A stretch of DNA of 64,000 bases from contig JAJPHC010000048.1 of the NCBI GenBank assembly GCA_021325515.1, positions 6,742 through 70,741 of the forward strand. The letters are read 5' to 3'. The notes beneath the pieces were generated by a model, which worked only from the letters and a program-made list of their open reading frames with translations, made no database searches and was not told the origin of the DNA. The stretch's first letter is position 1. Every line of letters starts with the position of its first letter. The position numbers and the translations under genes are program-made. Of this stretch, positions 48,888 through 58,558 are shown piece after piece. The DNA is from Acidobacteriota bacterium. Lineage in GTDB: Bacteria > Acidobacteriota > Thermoanaerobaculia > Gp7-AA8.

Positions 48888-50173
48888 GGCGCTGCCGCCT
48901 CCTGCAATTGCGCGCGCGCCACTTCGAAGTCGTAGAGCGCCTGCTGAAGACTAACCCGCTGTTGCGCGAGCGTGGTCAGCGCGTCGGTGACTTCGAGAAT
49001 CGGCGCTTCGCCTGCGCGGTAGCGCGCGATGGAGATCTCGGCATTCTGCCGGGCGCCGGCGACGGCCGCACGCGCATTCGCAGCGCGCCGCACCGCGGAC
49101 GCCGCCGCTTCCCGTGCGCGAAGATCCTGTTGTTCGATGTCGCGCTGCGTCAGCGCGAGCTGGCGCGCCGCCGATTCCGCGCGAATCTCCGCCTGGCGTT
49201 GCCGCGCGCGCGCAGCTCCCCAGTCGGAGATCGGAATGCGGAGACTCGCCGTAATCAGATAGCCCGCGTGCTGGCGGATCTCGTCCGCGCGCAGGGAGCG
49301 CGAGTCGAAGCCCTCATCCGCCGAGTACGTGAGCGACGGCAGACGCTCGGCGCGCGCGACGGCGGCATCCTCACGCGCCGCGCGTTGCTGCGCTGCGGCC
49401 TGCACGAGTTGCGGGCGCTGCATGATTGAGACGGGAGTCAGCCGCTCGATCTCGGCCATCGACGGCTCGGCCGTGAGGCTCGAGACCGCGAGCGCGTCCG
49501 AGGATTGATATCCGATCAAAACGCGCAGGGCTGCGGCGGCGATCGTCTCCTGCACGCGCGCCTGCTCGAGATCATCGCGCCGCTGCGCCGTCTGCAGACG
49601 CGCGCGGATCGCATCGACCTCGGGCACTTCACCGTACTCCTGCTGCAGTGCAGTGACCTTCTCGAATTCCTCGGCCGCGGAAAGTGACTCCTCCGCCGCG
49701 CCGCGCTTCGCTGTCGCCAGCGCGAGGCCGAAGTACGACTCGCGCAGCGAGCGCAGCAGCTCGCGCCGCGCCAGCTCGGTTCCCGCGTGCGCGGCCGCGA
49801 GGAGCTCGTAGCTTCGACGAACGGCGGCGCGCAGTCCGAAGTCGAGCGAGCCTTCGGCACCGATCAGCGATTGATACTCCCGCGCCGCGTTTTGCGCGAT
49901 GAACGCGGGATCGGTCGAGTGCGCGGTGAGCGGCTTGTTGTACGTGACGGTCGAGAGACTCCGGATCTTCGGAAGCAGCGCGGCACGCACTTGCGTCACG
50001 TCGAGCGCGGCAACCTGCTCGTCGGCCAATGCCTGCTGATACGCGGACGCCTGCTGCAGCGCGCGCTGCGAGGCGTCGGCGAGCGAGAGCGGCGGCGGCG
50101 GCGCGGGCTGCTGCGAAACACCGGCGGCTTGCATCACGGCCAGCAACATCCACCCGAACGAACGGCTCAGCAT
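48884..50173 (-). CDS. TolC family outer-membrane efflux protein
   Basis: LLPKI, YFGL, RYRAGEAPILEVTDA; helical repeats. Confidence 0.9.
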   Translation of the reverse strand: MLSRSFGWMLLAVMQAAGVSQQPAPPPPLSLADASQRALQQASAYQQALADEQVAALDVTQVRAALLPKIRSLSTVTYNKPLTAHSTDPAFIAQNAAREYQSLIGAEGSLDFGLRAAVRRSYELLAAAHAGTELARRELLRSLRESYFGLALATAKRGAAEESLSAAEEFEKVTALQQEYGEVPEVDAIRARLQTAQRRDDLEQARVQETIAAAALRVLIGYQSSDALAVSSLTAEPSMAEIERLTPVSIMQRPQLVQAAAQQRAAREDAAVARAERLPSLTYSADEGFDSRSLRADEIRQHAGYLITASLRIPISDWGAARARQRQAEIRAESAARQLALTQRDIEQQDLRAREAAASAVRRAANARAAVAGARQNAEISIARYRAGEAPILEVTDALTTLAQQRVSLQQALYDFEVARAQLQEAAAP

Positions 50174-50198
50174 GCCGCGCAAGTCTTACAAGGCGCGC

Positions 50199-50215
50199 CT
50201 AAACGCCGTATGAAC
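50199..50215 (-). promoter_or_regulatory. Putative OmpR-family box upstream of tolC
   Basis: Minus strand GTTCAT-ACGGCG-TTTAG; matches boxes at 52331, 53859 and 53893. Confidence 0.65.
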
Positions 50216-50260
50216 CGGCGCCGGGTATTCAGAGCGCATGCATCCGGCTACGATGCTGCC

Positions 50261-50932
50261 ATGCGCGTATTGGTCGTCGAAGACGATCCCGACATGGCGC
50301 GGTTCATCACGCGCGGACTCGGCGAACAGGCCTACGCCGTCGATGCCGTCATGACGGGCGACGCGGCGATCGAGCGCGCGATGACCACGCCGTACGACGC
50401 CATCGTTCTGGACGTCATGATCCCCGCTCCCGACGGATTGGAGGTCTGCCGCGTGCTACGCCAGCACGGGACCGACACGCCCATCCTCATGCTGACCGCA
50501 CGCGATGCCGTCCGCGATCGCGTCGAAGGTCTCGACGCAGGGGCCGACGACTACCTCGTCAAGCCGTTTGAATTCGCGGAGCTGCTGGCTCGCGTGCGCG
50601 CGCTGGTGCGGCGGCGGGGCGCCCCGCACGCGCCTCGCATCGAGATCGCGGATCTCTGCATCGACACCCTCGCCCATCGCGTGACGCGCGGAGGCGAGGA
50701 GCTGACGCTGACGACGAAAGAGTACGCGCTGCTCGAATATCTCGCGCTGAACGCGGGGCGTGTGATGGGACGCGAGGAGATCGCCGAACATGTCTGGAAC
50801 GAGGAGTTCGATCCGTTCTCCAATCTGATCGAGGTCTACATCGGCCGGCTGCGCCGCATCGTCGACCGCGGGCGGACGCCGGCGCTCATCCACACGATCC
50901 GCCTCGCGGGCTACATCCTGGAGGCGCGATGA
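50261..50932 (+). CDS. OmpR-family response regulator (CusR/CzcR-like)
   Basis: MRVLVVEDD, LDAGADDYLVKPF, winged helix LTTKEYALLEYL, IHTIR. Confidence 0.95.
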   Translation: MRVLVVEDDPDMARFITRGLGEQAYAVDAVMTGDAAIERAMTTPYDAIVLDVMIPAPDGLEVCRVLRQHGTDTPILMLTARDAVRDRVEGLDAGADDYLVKPFEFAELLARVRALVRRRGAPHAPRIEIADLCIDTLAHRVTRGGEELTLTTKEYALLEYLALNAGRVMGREEIAEHVWNEEFDPFSNLIEVYIGRLRRIVDRGRTPALIHTIRLAGYILEAR

Positions 50933-52347
50933 GCATCCATTCGATTCGCGTGCGTCTCACGGCCTGGTATGCGCTGCTGCTGGCGATCGCGCTCTTGGCC
51001 GGCGACGCGGTGACGTACGTCGTCGCGCGCAAGCAGATCCAGCGATCGGCGGACGCGGCGCTCGTGTCGACCACGCGCAATCTCATCGCGGCTCTGCGCG
51101 ATGAAGTCGATGAAGGCCACGGGCCGCTGCGCCTCCGCGCTGCGAACGAACTGCTGGCGGAATACCGCGATGATGATCGAGGCATCGTGCTGCTCAACGC
51201 GGATGGAAGCGAGTTCGCGGCACACCGGAACGCCGTGACGCGATCGCTCGATCGCGCGCTGCTGCAGCGCGTGGCGGCGGCGCATCGATTCGGATTCATC
51301 ACGACGGGCGGCGCGCGGCTGTACGTCTCGCCGGTGCAATTCGGTGCGCAGACGTTCGTCGTCGCCGCCGCGCAGTCGCTCGCGCGTCAGGAAGAAACGC
51401 TCGAGGACCTCCGCACGGCGATGTTCGCCACCGCGCCGGCTGCTCTCCTCGTCGCGACGTTCGGCGGGTACATCCTCGCCCGCAAGAGTCTGCGGCCGGT
51501 CGTGCGGATGAGCGAGAAGGCGCGCGCGATCAGCGCCACCAATCTCTCCGAGCGCGTCGAAGTGGCGAACCCGCGCGACGAGCTCGGAGAGCTCGCTGCG
51601 ACGCTCAACGAACTGCTGGGAAGACTCGATCGCTCCTTCAGCGATCAACGCACGTTCATGGCCGATGCGTCGCACGAGCTGCGCACGCCGGTGGCGATCC
51701 TGCAGGGTGAGCTGGACGTGACGCTTTCGCGCGACGACCGGAACGCGGCGGAGTATCGCGAGAGCCTGGAGGTGATGCATCGCACGGTCCGGCGGCTCAC
51801 CCGCATCGTCCGCGATCTCTTTCTCCTTGCGCGCAGCGACGCCGGCGACATCCCGCTCAAGCGCGAGCCGCTGTACGCCGGCGATCTCGTGCAGCAGACC
51901 GCGCGCGCCTACAAGACTGTGGCCGCCGAGCGCGGCGTGACCGTCGTCGCGGAGTGCGCGGACGATCTCCCGATCTCCGGCGATGAAGACCTGCTGCAGC
52001 GCATGATCGGAAACCTGATCGAGAACGCGATCCGGCATACGCGCCCCGACAGCGACGTGCGCGTTCGCTGTCTGATCGAGGACGAGCGCGCGCGCATCGA
52101 AGTGAGCGATCGCGGCACGGGGATTCCTGCCGGATGTCGCGAGCAGATCTTCGACCGCTTCTTCCGCGCCGATCCCGCACGCACGGCCAGCAACGGAAGC
52201 GGCGCAGGCCTGGGCCTGCCGATCGCGCGCTGGATCGCCGAAGTGCATGGAGGCAACCTCTGGCTCGATCGCTCCGGCGACGACGGAAGTGTGTTCGTCG
52301 TGACGCTTCCGCTGCGCCGCCCTCCTGCCGGTTCATCGCGCGTTTAG
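50929..52347 (+). CDS. HAMP sensor histidine kinase
   Basis: Two TM segments, HAMP, ASHELRTP, NLIENAI, GAGLGL. Confidence 0.95.
   Translation: MSIHSIRVRLTAWYALLLAIALLAGDAVTYVVARKQIQRSADAALVSTTRNLIAALRDEVDEGHGPLRLRAANELLAEYRDDDRGIVLLNADGSEFAAHRNAVTRSLDRALLQRVAAAHRFGFITTGGARLYVSPVQFGAQTFVVAAAQSLARQEETLEDLRTAMFATAPAALLVATFGGYILARKSLRPVVRMSEKARAISATNLSERVEVANPRDELGELAATLNELLGRLDRSFSDQRTFMADASHELRTPVAILQGELDVTLSRDDRNAAEYRESLEVMHRTVRRLTRIVRDLFLLARSDAGDIPLKREPLYAGDLVQQTARAYKTVAAERGVTVVAECADDLPISGDEDLLQRMIGNLIENAIRHTRPDSDVRVRCLIEDERARIEVSDRGTGIPAGCREQIFDRFFRADPARTASNGSGAGLGLPIARWIAEVHGGNLWLDRSGDDGSVFVVTLPLRRPPAGSSRV
52331..52347 (+). promoter_or_regulatory. Putative OmpR-family box upstream of the beta-propeller gene
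   Basis: GTTCAT-CGCGCG-TTTAG. Confidence 0.65.
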
Positions 52348-52399
52348 GCGTTCCGCACTACGGTCTCGTCTGTCCGCCTCACATGGATGAAAGGAACTC

Positions 52400-53416
52400 A
52401 TGTTGACACGCTCGCGCCTGCTCCTCATCTCCGTTCTCTTCGCGCAGTCGCTTCCGTTGTTCGCCGCCGGCTATTCGGTTCGCACGCTGGCGTTGCCCGG
52501 CGCCCCCGCCGCCGGGATCGCGATGGACTACATCGCCTTCGATGGTGCGACCAACTCGGTGTGGGTTCCCGGCAGCAATGGCACCGTCTACGTGATCGAC
52601 GCTGCAAGTGGAAAGATCCGGGAAGTGACCGGCTTTCCGACGAAGGAAGTGACCGTGCGCGACCGCCAGCGCGTGCTCGGCCCGAGCTCCGTCACATTCG
52701 GCGAGGGGAAGGTTTACATCGGCGACCGCGCGGACAGCAGCATCTGCACCGTCGATCCGAAGACGCTCGAGCGCGGACGGTGCGAAGTGCTCGCGTCGAT
52801 GCCCGATGGTCTGGCGTACGTCGGCCCGACGAAGGAAGTGTGGGTCACAGCGCCGCGCGACAGGACGATCCGCATCCTCGATGCCGGCACGCTGAAGGAG
52901 AAAGCGGTGCTGACCTTCGAAGGAAACCCGGAGGGCTTCGCCGTCGACGCGAAGCGCCATCGTTTCTACACGAATCTCGAAGACAAGGATCGCACGCTGG
53001 CCATCGACCTCACGTCGCACAAGACGCTGGCGTCATGGAACCCGGCATGCGGCGAAGATGGTCCGCACGGCCTGCACATCGACGAGAGATCGGGACATCT
53101 CTTCGTCGCATGCAGCGCAAAGGTCGAAGTACTGAACGCAGGCGGCAACGGCGCGGTGCTCTCGTCGATCGATACCGGCAACGGCGTCGATGACTTCGAT
53201 CTCGCATCGGGCATGGTGTACGCCGGCGCCGCGCGCGACGCGAAGCTCACGATCGCGCGCGTCGATGCCGCCGGCCGCCTCACGCTCGTGGCCGCGGTGC
53301 CGACGGCAGCCGGTGCGCGAAATCCCGCGGTGGCGAAGAACGGAGATGTCTATCTCGCCCACGGCGGCGGCGTCAGGTCGGGCGATCTCGTCGTCGTTTC
53401 GCCACCGGCACACTGA
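52400..53416 (+). CDS. Secreted YncE-like beta-propeller protein
   Basis: AAGGA RBS; signal peptide; MDYIAFD, PDGLAY, PEGFAVD, PHGLHID blades. Confidence 0.88.
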   Translation: MLTRSRLLLISVLFAQSLPLFAAGYSVRTLALPGAPAAGIAMDYIAFDGATNSVWVPGSNGTVYVIDAASGKIREVTGFPTKEVTVRDRQRVLGPSSVTFGEGKVYIGDRADSSICTVDPKTLERGRCEVLASMPDGLAYVGPTKEVWVTAPRDRTIRILDAGTLKEKAVLTFEGNPEGFAVDAKRHRFYTNLEDKDRTLAIDLTSHKTLASWNPACGEDGPHGLHIDERSGHLFVACSAKVEVLNAGGNGAVLSSIDTGNGVDDFDLASGMVYAGAARDAKLTIARVDAAGRLTLVAAVPTAAGARNPAVAKNGDVYLAHGGGVRSGDLVVVSPPAH

Positions 53417-53429
53417 CCTTGCGCATGCA

Positions 53430-53458
53430 GCGGCGGCCGGAGTCGCTCCGGCCGCCGC
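53430..53458. terminator. Hairpin between convergent genes (probable bidirectional terminator)
   Basis: GCGGCGGCCGGAG-TCG-CTCCGGCCGCCGC, perfect 13-bp stem. Confidence 0.65.
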
Positions 53459-53465
53459 ACGTTTC

Positions 53466-53795
53466 TTAGTGCTTCGCTTTTTCTTTCGCTTCCTGCTTCT
53501 TCTCCGCCGCTTCCTTCGCCGCGTTCTCGTGCTGCACGGCGACGATCCTGCCGTTCAGCGCATCGACGTTGACTTCGGTGATCGCGGCTGCGGACGTGGC
53601 GATGTCGAACGAGTAGATCAACTTCCCATGCTCGTTCTCCAGTTCCGCGCTCTTGATCTTCCCCGGCGCCTTCTTCAGCGCGATGGCGCGCGCCTGCTCC
53701 ATCGTGATCTTCGGTTTCGCCGCCGTTGTCGCGCCGAATGCGGACACCGCCATCGCGGCGGCAGCAAGGAACGTTGCAATCGATTTGTGTTTCAT
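53466..53795 (-). CDS. PepSY domain protein
   Basis: AAGGAG RBS; signal peptide; ITMEQARAIAL...AELENEHGKLIYSFDI...VNVDALNGRIV. Confidence 0.92.
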   Translation of the reverse strand: MKHKSIATFLAAAAMAVSAFGATTAAKPKITMEQARAIALKKAPGKIKSAELENEHGKLIYSFDIATSAAAITEVNVDALNGRIVAVQHENAAKEAAEKKQEAKEKAKH

Positions 53796-53858
53796 CGGGT
53801 CTCCTTTGGGACTTGTGAAATCAAAAAGGAAAACACCCGCGCCGCCGGCGCGCATTGC

Positions 53859-53908
53859 ATGAACGCGCGATGAACGCAACGCCCGCGCACGATTCATCGC
53901 GCGTTTAC
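53859..53908. promoter_or_regulatory. Divergent pair of putative OmpR-family boxes
   Basis: 53859-53875 reads GTTCAT-CGCGCG-TTCAT on minus; 53893-53908 reads TTCAT-CGCGCG-TTTAC on plus. Confidence 0.65.
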
Positions 53909-54120
53909 CGGGTCTCCCCGCACTATCGCGCGCCGCGCGCAAGTCAACTCGCTTAATTAACACTTGCGTGCGAATCCTTCCCGCAGAGTCCGCTTAGCGG
54001 TCATCGATTTTTTTCTATGGTAATTTTGGTGCACGGAATCATTGCCGGCCGTACTTCCGAGCACGCGATGGCGTGGCGGTGCAGATCTGCGGCCCAATCT
54101 CTCGTGGGGGGAAAACATTT

Positions 54121-54615
54121 ATGAAGATTCGTCACGTCCTCGGCTGCCTGGTCACGCTTGGTCTGATTCGAATCGGAGTGACGGCGTATGCGCAGCGCCC
54201 GCCAGCCGCTCCTGCAAAGCAGCCGGAGATTTCCGTATCACCTGCTGCGGTACTGGCGGAAGTCGACAAATTGAAGAAGGATATTTCGGATCTGAAAAAG
54301 CAGAATGCCGAACTGGATAAGAAGCTGACAAGCATCAGCGGTGACGTTGCCGCGCTGAAGCTCCTGGCGGCAGGCGCCAATCAGTCCGCTGCCGAGGTCA
54401 AGAAGGAGATGACGGAGGCTGGGAACAAGCTGGCCGACCTCGACAAGCGTTTTTCACAACATAGCCACACTTATGAAAGATGGTCGCTGGGCTGGCGCAA
54501 CAATCAGTGTGTCAGTGGTACGAAGGGTTCCATCATCAGTCCGGTCAATATCCAGTGCGCCGACATTTATCAATGGACGTCGGAAAACATCAAGACATCC
54601 TCGCCGGTTCCGTGA
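54121..54615 (+). CDS. Secreted coiled-coil hypothetical protein
   Basis: Signal peptide; heptads VDKLKKDISDLKKQNAELDKKL; HSHTY. Confidence 0.75.
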   Translation: MKIRHVLGCLVTLGLIRIGVTAYAQRPPAAPAKQPEISVSPAAVLAEVDKLKKDISDLKKQNAELDKKLTSISGDVAALKLLAAGANQSAAEVKKEMTEAGNKLADLDKRFSQHSHTYERWSLGWRNNQCVSGTKGSIISPVNIQCADIYQWTSENIKTSSPVP

Positions 54616-54674
54616 ACATCGGCTGTCGTTTGTATGGACCGTGAGAATGACTGCATCATCTAACGGGGGATAGC

Positions 54675-55634
54675 ATGCGACGGATAGAGTTGGGAGTCAT
54701 TGTGCTGCTGTGCACCGCGTTCATCTTCGCGCAGGATTTTCCTTCGTCTCCGAAGAATTCGCCATGGGTTGGCAACTGCCATATCAAACCGGACTACAAG
54801 AGCGCCGAGATTTCGCCGGCGGTCCGGACGTACCACTTTCTCGAATTGTGCGCCAAGTTCGACCCCGCAACCGGCGAAGCCGGCGATCTGAGCGGGGAAA
54901 CCGCTGCCCAAGCAGGCGCCGTCGGCATCAAATGGGAGGGCCGGTGGAACCCGGCCACGAAACGGGCGACAGAAACCATCGGCGTCAAGAACCCGTTGAA
55001 ATTCACGACAACGTGCGATGCCGACCCATGGATCGACAGTGGCAAGTGCAAGAACGTCTATCAGCCACCGGATATCTTTCCTGTTACGAAAGCCTCCCTT
55101 ACGAGCTCGACCATCGCGGCGCTCAAAACGCAGGCGAAGTCCGAGATGAAGTTCCCACAAGCTGGAGACGTCAAGATGGTGCCGATCCTGAAGTTTCCCA
55201 AGGGCCACAACTTCAACGCGCTCGACGACATCGTCATAGGAGTGGAGAAGGATCCTGCGGCGCCGAGCGGTATCGCACTGCTCGAAATCACAATGAGTGG
55301 CGCGAAGATCCAACGCCCTATCAGTCCCGATGTCATGAACCTCACAGCGGACAAAGGGACGAGATTCACTCAGGCGGATCTGCCCGGATGCGGCTCGTGC
55401 AGTGTGCGGGCGGCATGGAAAACCGACCCGATCGTCTGGAGCTCACCTGAGACGTTCACGCGCAACAGTCTCTTTCCGTCGTCCGAGAAGGCAGACAAAC
55501 AGTTGGCGGACCACGGCTGCACAGCGCAGAAGAACAAGATCGGGAACTTCGTCTGTCCGAAGCCCGACGGATTTAACCTGTGCGTAATACTGAAGAGCAA
55601 ACCCAATAGCGACGTCAAAGTCTGTTCGAAGTAG
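54675..55634 (+). CDS. Secreted Cys-rich hypothetical protein
   Basis: GGGGGA RBS, signal peptide, several Cys pairs. Confidence 0.75.
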   Translation: MRRIELGVIVLLCTAFIFAQDFPSSPKNSPWVGNCHIKPDYKSAEISPAVRTYHFLELCAKFDPATGEAGDLSGETAAQAGAVGIKWEGRWNPATKRATETIGVKNPLKFTTTCDADPWIDSGKCKNVYQPPDIFPVTKASLTSSTIAALKTQAKSEMKFPQAGDVKMVPILKFPKGHNFNALDDIVIGVEKDPAAPSGIALLEITMSGAKIQRPISPDVMNLTADKGTRFTQADLPGCGSCSVRAAWKTDPIVWSSPETFTRNSLFPSSEKADKQLADHGCTAQKNKIGNFVCPKPDGFNLCVILKSKPNSDVKVCSK

Positions 55635-55704
55635 ATCCCCCATCCCACGCGATCTCCGCAGCCCGCATGAGATCGCGGCCACGTATGAGTGAGAGGAGCT
55701 CGAT

Positions 55705-57027
55705 ATGCGCGCAGGTCTCCTGAGTGTGATGGCATCTCTGATTTTCGTCACTACGGTCGCCGCATCCCCTATCAGCGACAAATACGCCGCGCTGGGAGGC
55801 CCCGGTGGATTTCTCGGCAAAAGGATCGGCGAGGAAATCGCCCTCGGCGGCGGCAACAGCTATCAGATGTACGAGCACGGCCGGATCTACTACAGCGACT
55901 CCGCTCATGGCGCATTCGAAGTCCACGGGCTGATCCTGCAGCGTTGGCTCAAACTTGGCGGCCCGCTGAGCAGCTACGGCTATCCGGTCACCGACGAAAT
56001 TCTCATGTACGACGGCTGGGGACACGTTTCGAAATTCCAGGGAGGAGAGATGATCTGGCGTCCATCCACCAACGCCGTGACCGAGATCAAGATCACAGAC
56101 CTGCAGGTCGATCTGCCGACACCGCCGGGCGAAGTGTGGCGCGTCGGGCAAACCTACAATGGCGTCAGCCATGGTGGTAAGTGGGTTTACTGCTATGACT
56201 TTTCCTCCGAATTCGGCAAGACGGCCGGCAAGCCCATTCCCTCGGCGGCCGACGCACCAATCATTGCATTTCAGGACGATCTCACAAGCGGCAAGACGAA
56301 CGAAGGCAACAGCGTGATGCAGAGGTTGGGCATGGCCCGCTATTCGTCCAGCCTCCACATCGGACAGGGCTCCTATCTGAAGTACGCACCCAAGAATCAG
56401 ATCTGGGTCGGCTGGCCCGGACGTCTGGTCAAGTCCGGTGAAACGATCGCGGAAGCCGGCGACACCGGGACGGACGCTGGCAACGATCACCTTCACTATT
56501 GCGTAACGACATCGCCTGACAGACAGAAATACAAACCATTTGAATCCGTACCTGTATCGTTCCGTAATTTTGAGGTCTCCAGGAACGGCAAGGATTGGAA
56601 AACCGTCAGCACCGGCGTCCCGATCACAAACGATTTGGTGCGACGCAAACCAAACTGGTCCGGAGGTGCGCCCACTGTGAATACGTCGTCGGAACCGGCC
56701 AACTTCGGTTCGCTCGAAGGTCAGGTTTTCATGACCTCCGGTTACAAAGCCGCGAATGGCAAAGTGCTGATTTCTGTCGTCACGCTGTGGGGCGAACCAA
56801 TCGCCAGCACGTATATCGCGATCGTGCCGGGGGTGAACGACGCCGGACCCATCAAATTCAAGTTCGGCAAAGTGCTCGATTATCCCGGTCTCGTCGTACG
56901 TGCCGCTCTCGAAGGCGATGCTGTGCCTGTCTCCTACACTCTTTACGGAGAGAGCGACAAGGTCGACGTGGCACCCGGCGAAACGCGAATCGCAAACGTG
57001 ACGTTGAAGCCGAGCAAGATGCCATGA
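55705..57027 (+). CDS. Secreted LGFP-repeat + M23 metallopeptidase-like protein
   Basis: GAGGAG RBS; two LGFP-like repeats (KYAALGGPGGFLG, RWLKLGGPLSSYGYPVTDE); M23-like SH...YD, LH, GDTG, HLH. Confidence 0.82.
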   Translation: MRAGLLSVMASLIFVTTVAASPISDKYAALGGPGGFLGKRIGEEIALGGGNSYQMYEHGRIYYSDSAHGAFEVHGLILQRWLKLGGPLSSYGYPVTDEILMYDGWGHVSKFQGGEMIWRPSTNAVTEIKITDLQVDLPTPPGEVWRVGQTYNGVSHGGKWVYCYDFSSEFGKTAGKPIPSAADAPIIAFQDDLTSGKTNEGNSVMQRLGMARYSSSLHIGQGSYLKYAPKNQIWVGWPGRLVKSGETIAEAGDTGTDAGNDHLHYCVTTSPDRQKYKPFESVPVSFRNFEVSRNGKDWKTVSTGVPITNDLVRRKPNWSGGAPTVNTSSEPANFGSLEGQVFMTSGYKAANGKVLISVVTLWGEPIASTYIAIVPGVNDAGPIKFKFGKVLDYPGLVVRAALEGDAVPVSYTLYGESDKVDVAPGETRIANVTLKPSKMP

Positions 57028-57929
57028 TGTCCAACCTGGCCTTTTCGCCGCCCAGTTCCGAAATGACGATCGAGATGGTGAACACAGCCCGCACACGAGA
57101 ATTCAACCCACTCGAGCTCGGAGGAACGTGCAGGCGACTATGTATCGCCGGAGCCATGTGCATCATGGCGGCCATTCCAGCTCTTGGCGCCCCCGACCTG
57201 ATCCTGCGAAAACTCGAAATCCGGGACACCCATACATTGAAGATCTTCGTGTCCAACAATGGCGATCAGGACAGCGGCGCCTTTGCAGTCCGCGTTTCCG
57301 CGATCGACGCCCACAAGAAGGTTCTTCGAATCGTCGATCAGCAGTTTCCTTCCGTCGGCGCACATCAATTCCGCGAAGCGGATGTCCAGATCGATCTTTC
57401 GGCAGCAGCCCGCGTCGTGGCTGTCGCGGACATCGGACGTTCCGTCACGGAGACCGACGAATCGAACAACGTGCAATCGGCAGAAATACCAGTGTCCGTT
57501 GCCGCGAAGGAACAGAAGGTCATCAAGATCTCAAAGTCCTCCGGTACCCCACCGCAGGCTATCGTCCTGCCTCCTGTTCCCTCGGGGGACCTGGCGGTCA
57601 CCGGGATCAACTTCACCGATGAAGGCGGTAAGGATCGTGTGGTGGTCGTCATCCGAAACGCCGGGAATGTGCCGTGGAAGGAGGGGAAACGGGTGCTGAC
57701 GTTACGACGTACGGTCATGAAAGAAGGAGGGCAGCCAACCGTGACTGTAGGGTCGCTTACTGCGTTACCGGACCTCGCGCCCGGCGAGACCTGGGCCCGC
57801 GCCTTCGACCGCCCCCCCGAAGTCAACGGTGCAAGGTCATACAGATGGGAGGCGACCCTGGCCCCGGGCGACGGCAATCCCGCAAACGATCACTTCTCGC
57901 TGACCAGAGAAACCACCAAGTTCGATTGA
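57024..57929 (+). CDS. Secreted CARDB-domain protein (two domains); start uncertain
   Basis: PDL...NNGDQDSGAF...ETDESNN; DLAV...RNAG...LAPGE...DGNPAND. Confidence 0.8.
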   Translation: MMSNLAFSPPSSEMTIEMVNTARTREFNPLELGGTCRRLCIAGAMCIMAAIPALGAPDLILRKLEIRDTHTLKIFVSNNGDQDSGAFAVRVSAIDAHKKVLRIVDQQFPSVGAHQFREADVQIDLSAAARVVAVADIGRSVTETDESNNVQSAEIPVSVAAKEQKVIKISKSSGTPPQAIVLPPVPSGDLAVTGINFTDEGGKDRVVVVIRNAGNVPWKEGKRVLTLRRTVMKEGGQPTVTVGSLTALPDLAPGETWARAFDRPPEVNGARSYRWEATLAPGDGNPANDHFSLTRETTKFD

Positions 57930-57957
57930 CGTCCTGGCGTCCGGCGTCATCAGCGGT

Positions 57958-57985
57958 GCTCGCGACTCGCTTGCGAGTCGCGAGC
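57958..57985. terminator. Palindromic hairpin between convergent genes
   Basis: GCTCGCGACTCGC-TT-GCGAGTCGCGAGC. Confidence 0.6.
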
Positions 57986-58000
57986 GAAACCACGAACGTG

Positions 58001-58396
58001 CTACTTCGCGCCGTTCCAACTGAATGAGCCGCTGACGCCGGCCTGCGTATACGTGCCGGTGAAGTGCGTGCTGTCAGTCAACTTGAATGTAAACGTCCCC
58101 TTTGTCCCATCGGGATTCCACCAGTTGCCGGTGAGCGTTTTGCCGTCTGTGGAAACGGTTCCGTAGAGGGTCCCATTCGCTCCATCGACTTCGACACTGC
58201 CGTCAATTCCGTTCGCATTTTTCGAATCGGCCTTCAAAGACACCGGCGCCGCGGCCGTCCGTTTGTCCGTTGTCGTCCAACTCGTTTTCCATGTGCCGGC
58301 GAAGCTGGTCGCCGCTTGGACAGCCGGCGTCAACAAGGTCACTACGACGAAGAGCATAAGGAACGCCAGAAGGCGAAAACCATCCCGGTTTGGCAT
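58001..58396 (-). CDS. Small secreted beta-rich protein
   Basis: GAGGAG RBS; signal peptide; FAGTWKTSW...LTGNWWN...FTGTY. Confidence 0.8.
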   Translation of the reverse strand: MPNRDGFRLLAFLMLFVVVTLLTPAVQAATSFAGTWKTSWTTTDKRTAAAPVSLKADSKNANGIDGSVEVDGANGTLYGTVSTDGKTLTGNWWNPDGTKGTFTFKLTDSTHFTGTYTQAGVSGSFSWNGAK

Positions 58397-58558
58397 TAGG
58401 CACCCTCCTCAATAAGATGAAGCAGGCTAGAAATAACCCCTCCTCTACAGAACGTCAAGGATTGCCCGTATTTTCCCCAGGATCAGCACCCGCCGAGGTC
58501 GTTTCGATGGCCGCTGCGATGCCGGTCGTGTCCTGTCCAGCCAACCTCGGCAGCGCGA

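Noticed and set aside
54020-54050. Sigma54 promoter upstream of 54121
   Set aside because: GG-to-GC spacing does not fit the -24/-12 consensus.
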